Part shown: positions 35,201 through 55,250 of the stretch, one piece after another | How the letters are laid out: every line of letters begins with the position of its first letter | How positions within the stretch are numbered: position 1 is the stretch's first letter | DNA from: Heteronotia binoei | Lineage: Eukaryota | Length of the DNA: 64,000 nucleotides | Reading direction: 5' to 3' | Assembly: GCF_032191835.1 (NCBI RefSeq) | Contig: NC_083223.1 | Location: forward strand, 252,464,001 to 252,528,000 | The notes under the pieces: model-generated | Seen by the model: the letters and a program-made list of their open reading frames with translations, nothing else | Database searches by the model: none | Told to the model about the DNA's origin: nothing | Translations under genes and position numbers: made by a program

Positions 35201-38029
35201 AAGGTAACAGAGTGTGTGTTCCCAAGGCAGGCTCCAGATCTGCAAGCCACACTTTACAGCAAGCCAATGATTCTGTAAGAAGCTATCAACAAAAAGGCAA
35301 AAACAACTGTGTTTCAAAGCAGAAGGTACTAAGAAATACATGGCTTGCACCAGGGCACATGCTTGAAAGGGAGACTTTCCTGAAAACCCCCATCTATGTC
35401 CATTATGAGGGAAGAAAATAAAAATAAAAATGCACTGAATGAATACTAATTGAAAGTATGCCCATGTGTCTAATTCAAATAATTTATTCTGTATTGTAGG
35501 ATTTAGGGTCTCTGGTCCATCTTTAAATCCCAGCAGCTGAAGAGCTCCTCTGCTCATAGATGTCCATTTGCAGCCAATAGGCTTCTCTCCAAGGTCTTAG
35601 CCACTCCTGCCTCACCCACACAAGCCCTGTAGCAGAACCAAGGACCTTGTGCTCTCCTTCCCCAACAGTGGCCACCAAAAAAACACCATTCCTACCTGAC
35701 AGCTTGGTGATCTGCTCGTGCTGATCCTGTAAGGTGCTGCTGATGCTGGCACTGAACTCTGTGATCACAGCCATGTTGGCTGCCAAGCAGTCCATCTCAT
35801 CCTCCATCTTTTTGAAGTCGTTTTTCATCTTGCGGATTGTGTCTGAACAGCAGACAAAACGGGAGGGATTCAGGCTCCAAACGGGCACATACTTCAGAGC
35901 TGGTGGGCTCCCTGTACATTGCCATGGGCCAGCCAAACCTCTATCTGCATCTGGTCCCTGTCTTTAAAATGGGATCTTCTGTACCTGACTAGAAAGCTAA
36001 ATATAGTAATAGACATAAAGGACTTTATAAACTGTTATAAAATGTGCTGTTATAAAATGAGGTCATGGCCACTGGCTTACTTGACCTTAAAGGAAGATCA
36101 GAGAAATTAATGGAGAAAAAGTCTACCGATAACTATTAGCCATAACAGACAAACTAAACCTCCAGGCTCAGAGGCAGTGTGCCATGGACTAGCAGTAACT
36201 GAAAGGCATGCAGCAGGGTAAAGCTGTTGAATTCAGGCTCTGCTTGTGGGCTTTGTTGAAGAACCAGCTTGGCCACTGACGAAAGTGTTATGCTGAATTA
36301 GGTGGGACTTTGAGACTGACCCAACTGGGGTCTTTCTATACAAACTTAGGAACTAAAAAAAAAAAATGGGGAAGAAAAACAGATAGATCTCTTTCAGGGT
36401 TATTAAAGAAATCAACCCCTAGCAGCAGCCCAACCACATCTCACCAGACTACACCAAGGCAGGAGGGCTCAGGTGCCCAAGTCCCCTCAGTACCTGTGGC
36501 GGAAATGAACTTGTTGTAATTCTCATAGACCAGTGTCTGCATATCGCTGTCCAGGGCTCGGATCTGCTTCACCATGTCAGTCTCACAGTCCATCAGCTGA
36601 GCCAGGGGGCACTCTTTCCGCAGCTGGTGCACAGAACAGAGGAGTAAGTAGCAGGCCTCATTTGGCCCGACATCCTTTGCTCCTAAATAGTATAATGCAG
36701 TTTCATATATATGGAATGTCCAGGGACTCAGACAAAGGTTTGGACCACCCTGCAAACTGAGACCCTTTAATGAGATAAGCATTTGCTTGACCTCCTATGA
36801 GACTGCTAGACATCAAGGCTGGTATTGTCAATTCAGACTAGTAGCAGCTCTCCAGGGTCTTGGGCAGAGGTCTTTTACATCAGTTGCTGCCTGGTCCTTT
36901 TAACTGGAAATGTCAAGGATTGAACCTGGGACCTTCTGCATGCCAAGGAGGTGCTCTACCAGTCAGCTCCCCTGACTGCTCTGACATATTTTTGTTCTGG
37001 TTTTCATTCTCCTATTCGACTGTATCAATTAAAACTATACTAATTAAGACTGAAGATAGGTTACAGAAATGGTTTAAAGCAACTGTATAGTGATAATTTC
37101 TTGAAACATTGGGAGCAAGTTCAGTTTTCTTGCAAAAGCAAGGGGTCCCAGCCAGGTTTGCCAGGTGGTGGTTGGAGATCTCCTGGGATTACAACTGATC
37201 TCTAAGTGACAGTGATTAGTTCCCCTGAAGAAAATGGCCACTTCAGAATGCAGACTCTATGGTATTACACTCCAAAGAAGTCCTTCCCTTTCCCAACCAT
37301 GCCTTCCTCAGGCTCCACCCCGCAAATCTCCCGGTATTTCCAAAACCAAATCAGATAAACCTAGTCTCAACACTTCTCCCTCAAGCAGAGATTTAATTTA
37401 TACCCCGCCCTTCGCTACCCAAAGGAGTCTCAGAGTGGTTTACAATCTCCTTTCCCTTCCCCTCCCCACAACAGACACCCTGTGAGGTAGGTGGGGCTGA
37501 GAGAGGTCTCTCAGAACTGCTTTTGAGCAGAACAGCTTTGAGAGAACTTGTGGTTGACCCAAGGTCACATTAGCTGGTGTATGTGGAGGAGTGGGGAATC
37601 AAACCCAGTTCTTCCAGATAAGAGTCCATGCACTTAACTATTACACCAAACTGGCTCTGAGTAACTATCCTCTTTCCTATTACTCCTTCCCTAACCTGCA
37701 TGAAGAGTAAGGCACCTGTCTTTTTAAAGATCATTTGGGGCACTGAGCACTTTAGGCAGAATCCAGAAGACAGGGCATTTGAGGGGGCGGTTGCTGTGTG
37801 AAAGAGGCTTGTTGCTAAGGGGCGGAGTCCTGAAAATCACCTTAGTGAGGAAGACTTCCGGGTCGAAGTGAGGCCCGTTGATGTCCGTGGGGCCCCCGAG
37901 CTCCCCTCTGGCCGAGCCCAGGGTCTCTCCCGAGGGGTCCGGGAGCCCGTAGTAGAGCTTCAGCATCCCGTGTGGCCGACGCTTCCCGCCCGGCGGCTCA
38001 GGGCCACGCTCGGCCGGAGAAGCCGCCAT
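26260..38029 (-). CDS. VPS51: VPS51 subunit of GARP/EARP complexes, complete (10 coding exons, 781 aa)
   Basis: Exons 38029..37841, 36623..36494, 35842..35696, 34955..34736, 34264..33511, 32235..32020, 30251..30033, 29012..28891, 28558..28471, 26520..26260; total 2346 nt. All GT..AG with continuous frame. Peptides such as [64 protein letters not shown] and VIEVICERG* match recalled VPS51. Confidence 0.97.
27389..27570. mobile_element. Palindromic hAT MITE in VPS51 intron 9
   Basis: Near-complete fold-back (CAGGGCTTTTTTTGTAGCAGGAACTCCTTTGCATATT... / ...AATATGCAAAGGAGTTCCTGCTACAAAAAAAGGCCTG); TSD CCACTGCC / CCATTGCC. Confidence 0.85.
29650..29958 (+). mobile_element. CR1 LINE 3' end in VPS51 intron 7
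   Basis: [21 protein letters not shown]-type sequence and ...CTTCTCTTATGTTCTCTTATGTTCTTA tail. Confidence 0.88.
30568..31109. mobile_element. hAT-like MITE (CAGGGGTGTCAAAC TIR) in VPS51 intron 6
   Basis: TIRs CAGGGGTGTCAAAC / GTCTGACACCCCT; no clear TSD. Confidence 0.7.
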
Positions 38030-38132
38030 CAGACTGGGTGCGGGTACAGCCCAAAACCGCCTCCAATCCGCTCTGGAAAAGACAAGAGCAATAATAATAG
38101 CGGGATGTATTAAGGACACAGCGCCGAATGCA

Positions 38133-38355
38133 ACTTCCGGAAACAAAGTGTTGAAAAAAAACTTTCGCTGTCAGAATTCACTTCCGGGGAAAAAGTTTTG
38201 TTGAAACCCTCCTCTCTACGGAAACTAATCCCCAAAGGCTCCCTGCTTTATTAAAAACACTTCCGGGAATAAACAGGAAATTGTTGGGAATTCACTTCGG
38301 AGAGTTCTATTTCTATAGCAACCACCCACCTTCTGACCCATCCTTTCACTTCCGG
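38133..38355. promoter_or_regulatory. VPS51 promoter (divergent from TMEM262) with repeated ETS/GABP motifs
   Basis: Perfect ACTTCCGG at 38133, 38180, 38259 and 38348, 100-330 bp upstream of the VPS51 ATG and next to CpG-rich exon 1. Confidence 0.6.
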
Positions 38356-38745
38356 CAAAGCGACAGTAAGCAAGACTAACGTTCTTCCTACAAATACAGT
38401 CCCCCCCGCCCCCCAATATGCTGGGGATAGAACAAAGCTCGAGGCCAGTAGCACCTATAAGACCGACAAAGTTTTATTCACACTGTAAGCTTTCGTGTGC
38501 GAAAAGCACACTTCATGAGACAACAGTGTGGGATGGAATTAGCAGTCCTACATATATAGAGAGAGGGTAGTGAACTAGTAAGCAAAATAATGAAAATTGG
38601 AGTTCTGACGATTGTTGCCTTTGCTGTTTTTTCTGGCCAGTCCACACAGGGTGACGATTTGCTGTTCTTTTAATCTGCTAAAACAATTTTCACTATTTTG
38701 CATACTAATTCACTGCCCTGGAGAGTTGGGGGTGGGCCTGGGGAG

Positions 38746-39242
38746 TAGGGTTGCCAAGTCCAAGAAATACTTGGGGACTTTGGGGACGGAGCCAGGAGAC
38801 TTTGGGGGTGGAACCAGGAGCAAGGTTGTGACAAACATCATTGAACTCCAAAGGGAGTTTTGGCCATCACTTTTCAAGGGACCGCACACCTTTTAAATGC
38901 CTCCCTCCACTGGAAATAATGAAGGATAGGGGTACCTGGTTTTAGGGCCCATAGAGTTGTACCCCCTGGTTCAATCATTTTGAAAGTTGGAGGGTATTTT
39001 GGGGAGAGGCACTGGATGCTATGCTGAAAATTTGGTGCCTCTACCTCAAAAAACAGCCCCCCTGCAAGCCCTAGATAACCACAGATCAAATTTTCCATTA
39101 TACCTTATGAGAATTGGTCGCCACAGGGAATAATGGCGTGCTAGCAGACATTTCCCTCCCCTGCTTTCTCATGACCCTGAAGCAGGGGGAGGGGTTCCAA
39201 ACCAGGGAATCCCCTGCCCCCACCTGGGGATTGGCAACCCTA
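38746..39242. mobile_element. hAT MITE (TAGGGTTGCCA family) between VPS51 and TMEM262
   Basis: TIRs TAGGGTTGCCAA / TTGGCAACCCTA; perfect TSD CTGGGGAG. Confidence 0.9.
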
Positions 39243-39557
39243 CTGGGGAGACTGCAGCAGTGGTGTAATTCCACAGCATGTGCCCTCTGAAGCTGCCATT
39301 TCCTTCAGAGGGATTGGTCTCATGCGATCTGGAAATCAGTTGTAATTCCAGAACGCCAGGTCCCAGCTAGAGGATTGCAACCCTACTCTACCCTACCCCT
39401 GCCCTTCTAGAACCTTTGGAACATTATGACCTCACGAGTCCAGAATCCAGCTTTCTCCAAGCCTTTATAACAAGCAAGAAGAACAAAAGCACGCCAGCTA
39501 GCACCTCCTGCCCCTTAGCTTTCTCAAACGACAGCTGACTACAGGAGGGTACAGAAG

Positions 39558-42500
39558 ATGAGCTGGAAGGATCCATTTATAACCATCACCTTCCCCAGTA
39601 AAGTTGTCCTCACCATTGCCTCCATCCTCCTGTTTCTCATTCACACGGGAGTCATCATTGGAGACCTGTATCACTTCCTTGGATCCCAGAGGGTGGATCT
39701 AATGAGTTTCCGTTATACCATAACTCTTTTGGTAAACATAATGCCCCTTTGCCTAAATTGCAGAAGCTTGTGTGGGAGAGATTATTTTTGGATTGTGGCA
39801 ATAGAAATAGGCAAGCCCTGGCAGGAGATAGAAACCAAACTAGGGGCCAGGTTGTATGAAACATTAGCCACCTGTACAAACAGTTTACAAGGATTAAACA
39901 ATTTAACTTCAGAACTGTATAAAAATATCAGATGAAGAGCTATTTGAGTCTCAAAAGTTTATTCCTTGAAAATCTTGTTGGTCTCTGAAGTGTTATTGGA
40001 CTCTAATCTTGCTAATAAAACCTCGTATGCATCAGTTATATAGTGCTTTCCATTATCTTGTAACCCTGGTTAGTTCGTATCTGGGAGACCACCAAAGTCC
40101 AGGGCTGCTACACAGAGCCAAGCAGTGGCAAACCATCTCTGAATATCTCTTGACTTGAAAACCTCATGGGTCACTGTAAGTCAGCTGTGATTTGATGGCA
40201 AAAAAAAAAACTTGTAACTCTTACAAAAGAGCTAGTTTGGTGTAGTGGTTAAGTATGCTCTTACCTGGGAGAACCTAGTTTGATTCCCCACTCCTTCAAA
40301 TGCACCTGCTGATGTGACCTTGAGTCAGTCACAAGTTCTCACATAGCTGTTCTGCTCAACAGGACCGGATCTACGTGTTTTTTTTTGGGGGGGGGGGGGT
40401 GGGGGGCAAAATAAAAAATGGTGCCCCCTTATGGGCCATTCTCTTATGGTCCCATAGAATACAATGGGCTCCATACCCAATTTGGTGCCCACCCCTCTGT
40501 CAGCGCCCAGGGCAAGCACCCCCCCTGCCCCCCCAGATCCGGCTTTGCTGCTCAAAAGCAGTTCTGGGAGAGCTCTCTCAGCTTCACCTACCTCACAGGG
40601 TGCCTGTTGTGGGGAGGGGGAAGGAAAGGAGATTGAAAGCTGCTCTGAGACTCCTTCAGTTAGTGAAGGGTAGGGTATAAATCCAATCTCTTCACAAATT
40701 GCAGACTTGGGACGTGCTGAAAGAATGCTTTGTCTAAGGCTACGTACCTAGTGAGTCTGTGGCAGAAACAGGTTTGAACCAGGGATGTCTTGGCCTGTTG
40801 CTCCCTCTTTTAGCCAATGTATTAAACCAGCTTGATATAGTTTATAAGTCTCTTTAGTACCCACCAATTAAGTAGACAGAACAGTTAAGGCGGACAGCTT
40901 TTACCCGCTGACGAAACAAGGATTCTAAATGGTACAAAACCAGGAGACTGGTTGTTGTTCCAGATTAATTCAGAAGCAGAAGATGAAGGAGACATCTTGG
41001 AAATGTAATGTAGAACTGGAAAAATAGTAAGGTAGACACAGGCAGGATTACAGTGGGTGAGGATCAGAATGTACAGTACTTTAAAAACAATCGTAGGAGA
41101 TAGGAAATTGGAGAGGGGTCAAAGTGCTGGGAAGCAGCCTGTCTACAAGAGTGTGATCAACTTCCTGAGCTCACTATGGGGGTGGGAGGAGACAGAGGAA
41201 GATGTGTCCTTCTCACCTCTCCTCTTTCCCCCCTCCCCCCCCCCAACTAAGAATTACCATTGGCCAAGAAGACAGGTACATTTACTTTTTTTTTTTTGCT
41301 TTCCATGGACTAATATTTTCAAGGATAGTTTTCTGCTAGTGAAACCCAGTTGAACAATGGAAGAGAGAAGAAAAGTGCTAAGAGAAAACCCACCACACTG
41401 AGAAAAACCTTTCCGTACTTCTTGCCAACAACGAATGTGCTCATGCACACCCAAAATATCTCTTTGAGACAAAGATTTTTACATTGCCTTTTTTGTTCTG
41501 CAGTTCTCACAAGTGGTCAGCTTTTACTGGGCTCTGCTCGCAACCATCTACACCTTGCAAGCAGAAGACAGCGTACTGATGTGCTTTGCTCTCACATCTT
41601 TCGGTGAGGACTTGAAACTTAAGTGAGGGGGAGAGATGGGAGGATAGCCAATCAAATCAGAGACATGGCAAGCAGCTAGAACTAGAGTCCCAAACGCACT
41701 GAACAAGCCCCCAACTTATTAGGTGGGACAGCCTAGTTCCATTCAAAGAAAAAGACCAAATCCTGATGTACCACTGGAGAAGCCAAAAGCTGCCTGGGGC
41801 AGTAAGATATTTCCCCCTTATCTTTGCCCTTCTAGCCTTGAGCCTCTAAAAGTCTATGGCTTTACTACTGCTCCTGAAAGTATACAACCCTTCCTTCTGC
41901 CTTGCTTCCCCCTTTGCTAAAAGGGATTTTCTTCTTCCTTCACAGCAATAATTCAGGTGTCTAGAATGCTGATGCCCACCTCCTCTTAAGTTGGGGGTTC
42001 CTAATGCTGTGCCCGTGGGCACCACAGTGGCTCACCAACACCTTTCTTGGTGCCTGCCAAGTGTTTTTAGAAACTGAGTGGGGCCAGATGGGACTATTGG
42101 CAGAAGGGCTTCTGATTTGACACTGGAGATCTGACTGGCTGTGCAGATTTTCAAAAACGTTGCTTTGGCAGCAACTGTCACCACAGCATGAGGGTCTTCG
42201 CTGTGTGAATGAAGGTAACCTGTGTGCATGCAAAAAAAAATAATTACAAGCAATATGCTCATTTAAAAAGACATCCTGTTATAGAGCTTCCACCCGAAAT
42301 GTTGAAGAGCTACTGTTAGAATCATGTATAACTTTACGCCCCGATGTGTGGTTTCCTCCACTTCCTGCAGCAGCCATTCTGTGATTTTCTTTACCCATCC
42401 TATGTCAGAATCCCGAAGTAGCCCATAGACTCAAAGAGGCTAGGGACCCCTGGCCTGAGATGTTAAAAAGACAGGCAAATGCTGTAGCACAGGAGCTCAA

Positions 42501-43676
42501 AGAGGTAGGAACAGGGCTGGCCCTAGACTGTCTGGCACCCTGGGCAAGGCTAACTTCTGGTGTCTCCCTGGCACTGATATAGTCACCAAGTCACATGGGG
42601 GCACCCAGTTTGGTGCCCCCAGAAGACTGGTGCCCTAGGAAATTGCCTAGTTTTCCTAGTGGCAGGGCCAGCCCTGGGTGGGAAGGGGAAAGAAAAGGCT
42701 GAAGGCAGTACTAAATGCTATTTCTTTCCTCAGGGAAGATGTTTTTAAACATTGCTTGGTTGTAAGAAAATCCTACAATGCATTCTCTCCCCAGTGTGGT
42801 GGTAGGGGAAGAAGGAACCATTTATCTAACCTGGAAGAGATTCTCCCATCTCCTCTTTGGCCTACATGTGTACTTAGTTAAATAAGGTTTTTAGTAATAT
42901 AGAGCGGAATCTAAGAAATCCAACAGATTTGGATTTCCTCTGTCCCAAATCTTTTTTCCCATTCACTGAAACTAAACATATAATTAAGTCAATGTACAGC
43001 AAGATGGGGGAGGGGGTGTCACATGACAGTGAACCATCTGGCTGGTATTAACTCTCCAAGGTCTTTTGCACCCCTACTAAGATCTTTCAACATGGGATTT
43101 CAGAGCAGGGGTGGCCAAACTGCGGCTCAGGAGCCACATGTGGCTCTTTCACATATATTGTGTGGCTCTTGAAGCTCCCACCACCCCATTGGCCAGCTTG
43201 GAGAAGGCATTTGTCTCTTTAAATCACTTCTCCAAGCCAAGCCAGCTGGCGACTTGGACAATGAATTTAAAGTTGCTTTCTTTCCACCTCTCTCCTCCTT
43301 TCCCCATCTATTTTCCTTCCTTCCCTCCTTCCTTGCGGCTCTCAGGTATCTCATATTAATATATTGAGGCTCTCAAACACTTGGCATTTATTCTATGAGG
43401 CTCTTACGTTAAGCAACTTTGGCCACCCCTGTTCCAGAGACTCAACTAGGGTATTTTGGATGTAAAGCACATGCTCTACCACAGAACCCTCCCCAAAGTT
43501 CCCAATTAGGAAAGGAGAAAGCATGGACTTAGCAGCTTCGTCCTGCTGCTTGGAACACAAGACATGATCGATCTCATCCTTTTTCTTTCTGCCTAGCCCT
43601 GAACTTTGCAGTCTTCATTGCTCGTTTCATCATGGAGTATCTCACCATTGCCTACAGAGAAGAGCGCTATGAGTAG
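39558..43676 (+). CDS. TMEM262: Transmembrane protein 262 (CatSper auxiliary subunit eta), complete, 117 aa
   Basis: Exons 39558..39731 (MSWKDPFITITFP...MSFRYTITLL), 41504..41603 (FSQVVSFYWALLATIY...CFALTSF) and 43597..43676 (ALNFAVFIARFIMEYLTIAYREERYE*). GT..AG, phases 0 and 1. Three hydrophobic segments; resembles recalled TMEM262 (MSFHYT, FSQV, LAIEYREE); syntenic between VPS51 and ZFPL1. AATAAA at 43891. Confidence 0.88.
40360..40547. mobile_element. hAT MITE nested in a tRNA SINE
   Basis: TIRs CAGGACCGGATCT / AGATCCGGCTTTG; perfect TSD CTGCTCAA. Confidence 0.82.
42512..42676. mobile_element. hAT MITE (CAGGGCTGGC family)
   Basis: TIRs CAGGGCTGGCCCT / AGGGCCAGCCCTG; TSD GGTAGGAA / GGTGGGAA. 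Confidence 0.8.
43106..43431. mobile_element. hAT MITE (CAGGGGTGGCCAAA family)
   Basis: TIRs CAGGGGTGGCCAAA / TTTGGCCACCCCTG; TSD TTTCAGAG / TTCCAGAG. Confidence 0.85.
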
Positions 43677-45479
43677 AGAATCACTTCAAAAGAGAGGACT
43701 GAGCAGTTCCCCAAGGAATCTGGGAAATGCCGTTCCAGTTTAACTTTGAGGAACAGAAGCAGCAAAATGGGCTCAGGATTTAGCCAACAGCATTTAATAG
43801 AATTGCAACATACAAGTCTATTGCTTTAGTCTCTTACACAGTCTTGTGTTTCTACCAGGCCCTCCACAAACCGTATGAATTGAGGCAGTAAATAAAGCCA
43901 CATGGGCCTTCTTAGTGTTTTGCAACAGCAGAGTTAGAACAGAGGAATAATCCAGGAGCTCAGGGGGCACACAACTCATCCAGACTCTCAGCTGCTTTCC
44001 ACACAGTATCATCTGCCGTTTTAAAAGCAGAGTCTTGGGTAACATTTGGAAACTGCTCTCCTCAGAAACCACCACGAGGCTGGTAGTGGTGGTGGAGAGG
44101 AGCCTGCAACAGATAGGCAGCTATCTTGAAGATCTGGCAGCCCATCTATTGATTTCAGGGCATCTCAGACCACACACACAAAATAACTTAAAAGCAAACT
44201 CCTTAAAGCCCCACCCCCCCAAACAGTAAAAAAGGGAAAAAAAGTGCAACCCACCAACTGTTCTTAACCAGGTTTGAAGAGATGTAGCCATTACAGCCAC
44301 GAATGCTGTAACATATCCCAATAATCAGTTCCCCTGAATCTCATCAAAAGGCCCACTGAGCCAGATATGGAACTTAAGCCCAAACAGGACAAATTTTTCA
44401 TCAGGGCCAGTAATGCAGCAAATACTGTGGACCTATGAGAGCAAGGTCCTGCCCACCCACATATTATGGAGTTTGTGTGTGTTTGGCGGGGGGGAAGAGT
44501 TCCTCCATTGCTTGATGCCTTTCTTAGCTACAGAAACTCCACAGATGGGCAAACCAAAGGAAGCAGGGGTGTCATCCGCTGGGTCGGCAGCTTGTCTCTT
44601 TTAGAATGCCACCACATTGAAAAGAGAGACTCAGGAATGATATAAGTCTGGCAAGTGTCCTGGTTTGGATAGCACCCATCTCTTCATGGCAAGCGCTCTC
44701 ATGCACGCTCCAGATCGATGGAGGCACTCCTGGCATTCATGGAACACAGGTGGCTTGTCGAAAAATGGTCCCGCTCGATATAGGAGGAGGAGGAGGACCA
44801 ACACCAGGGGATCAAACAGCATCAGATACTACTGCTGGCTTGGGAAAGTGAACACTGGGGGGGATTCTACCATTCCCTTCAATGAAAATCTTAAACACTA
44901 TGTCAGGGAAAAGCATACAAACAACCCTCTCAGCCTCCACTACCTCCTAAGCTGAGGACGTGGCCAAGTGACAAGGGAAACCTGGAATGACCTTCCCAAC
45001 AACAGATGTAGGCTTGGATGAATACAGCAGGAAGGGGTTCCAGAAAGTGGCAGCTGACAGAACAAGACTCAGTACCCTTGTTTTCCTCTAAAGCATCAGG
45101 GCAATCTGCCAAGCAGATGCAGCAGCCCCCTGCTGGAAATCCATCTGGTGGGCCTCCTCTGTTGCCCACGTGACTTTGTAGACCAGTATCCCTGAAGGCT
45201 ACCAATAGCAGGCTCCAAAAAGCGAAAGTCCCGAGCTTGGGATCCACATTGAACAGGAGAGAAAGAGGAAGACTGCCCCCCTTCACTCAGGGCATCTTCC
45301 TTTAAGCTACCAAGGTGGGCCTTGCGGGCTTCAGAGCCAGGCTGTGCTCTTTCAGGGAAAGAGGTTCATCTGGCTGCAGAGATTTTCCAGGGAGCCATCC
45401 CCAGTTCAGTCTTCCCCAAGTAGCCGGGAGCTCTGGAGCAGGGCAGAACATACAGCAGGGGTGGGGGAAGCTGCCCAAC

Positions 45480-53672
<8,193 letters not shown>

Positions 53673-54607
53673 TCAGGACCCAAATGAGCTGGACAGGGTA
53701 AGAAAACACAGAAAGTGGAGTTACAGTCTTGCCTGGGAGCTTTTCATTTGCATGCCTGACCCAATGCCTCCCACAGTAACGGGGCATAGTTATTTGCTTT
53801 TCAGACTACAAAATACACCCATCTGCACTAGTTCCTATATATTCCTTGCTAAAGAAGTTTACAGATCACACAGTTTAGCCTATCCTCCCAGACATTTTAA
53901 TCAAAGCCTTCATAGCTCCACCTTTCTTTTCCTTTATTCCTCTTGTAGGGCTCCTGCACATTTATCAAGGGAACAAGTGGGCAAACATGAAGATGCACTG
54001 AAGGGAAAAGAAGGGCCTGGAAACTTACTCAGGAAGCTGCCCTGAGCCTGCTTCAGCTGGGAAGGCAAGATACAAAACCAATAAGCCTTAAACCTACTGC
54101 CTCTTATGCAATTTTCAAAGGTGCAAGAAGGCACAATGATGGAAACAGCCCATGCACAGTGATTTAGGAATAAACCATACTGAATTCAGGTATGCCTTTG
54201 ATTAAATAACGTTAGTAAGCTGTATACATGATCAGTCTTTATGAAGAAAAAGTGACAGATACTTAAGAGAGAATCCAGGCATTCTCCCCTCCACCCCCGT
54301 ACATTCCAATCCTACTATGTGGAAGGAAGTCCCAATAAGTGTACTGGTGTTTACTTTTTAATAGATATACACCAGCTTGAAACGTTAACACTTAAAGGAT
54401 TAAGTCTGATATATTTAGGAAATCTATATACTTCCGGCCTCCAGACACACCAGCTGGTCCTCTACTCAGAGGAATTCCACTCACAATATTACTATATCTC
54501 GGTGAAACCTCCCCAACTCTAACCCATACGTCCTAGCCGCAGGACCTTCCTTTGAATCCTGCCGTCCCCGAGAAAGGAAGCCAGGCTCCCTGGCGCCGCC
54601 TTTTTAC

Positions 54608-55250
54608 CTCCTCTCTGCAGGAACCCTGGCAACCGGGCCCTCGCTCTTCTCCACCAGCTTCTTCTCCGGCTCAAAAGAAGCCTCTATCCAAGAAACAACA
54701 AAAAGGGCGGAGATAGCCAGGCCGGGGGGGGGGGGGCGTTTTTGACCGTTGGCTCCAATGCCACGTCTCTTCCGGGAAAGTCGCGCTGTGATGGCGTCAT
54801 ACATAACAGTGGCGCCCGAGAGGAAAACAACATATGACGCTACAGCGATCGCTTCAAACCATAGAGGCAGAAAGAACTTCCTGTTTGAAGTTGAAAAGCA
54901 GGGACCTCTATGGACGCGCAGAGTGGTAACCGCTCTATGTGCTGGCATCTCTGTGGTGAATTCCATCAGCCTTGACATTGGAAGGTAGAATAGGAAGCTG
55001 GTTGGCCGGATGTGCCGATCATAGAGATATCACAATACGCAACCGGTTTTCCTTTTTATTTCCCAATAGGGGGATTTCACCATAGATTTGCTAGTGCCTA
55101 GAGGTACACCACAGACCGGAAACTCGATCGCTGGCCGTTTTTTGCTCGCCCAGGAAATTCAGGATCGCTACATGTGTAACGTCACTTCCGGTGAAGTGGT
55201 GGCGGGCAATTCTAAACGGCGAACTGAACTGCGGGCGAAAGGAGGTTGCC
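54608..55250. promoter_or_regulatory. Bidirectional CpG-rich promoter of ZFPL1 (-) and CDCA5 (+)
   Basis: CpG-rich stretch between divergent genes; ETS ACTTCCGG 55184..55191, CCAAT 55063..55067, TTTGAA/TTCAAA (CHR-like) at 54884 and 54853. Candidate non-coding ZFPL1 exon donor at 54608|GTAAAA and acceptor before 53688. Confidence 0.6.

Noticed and set aside
38030-38146. Longer VPS51 N-terminus from the ORF-track start at 38146
   Set aside because: It begins at a non-ATG codon in promoter sequence; the ATG at 38029 matches the MAA... start.
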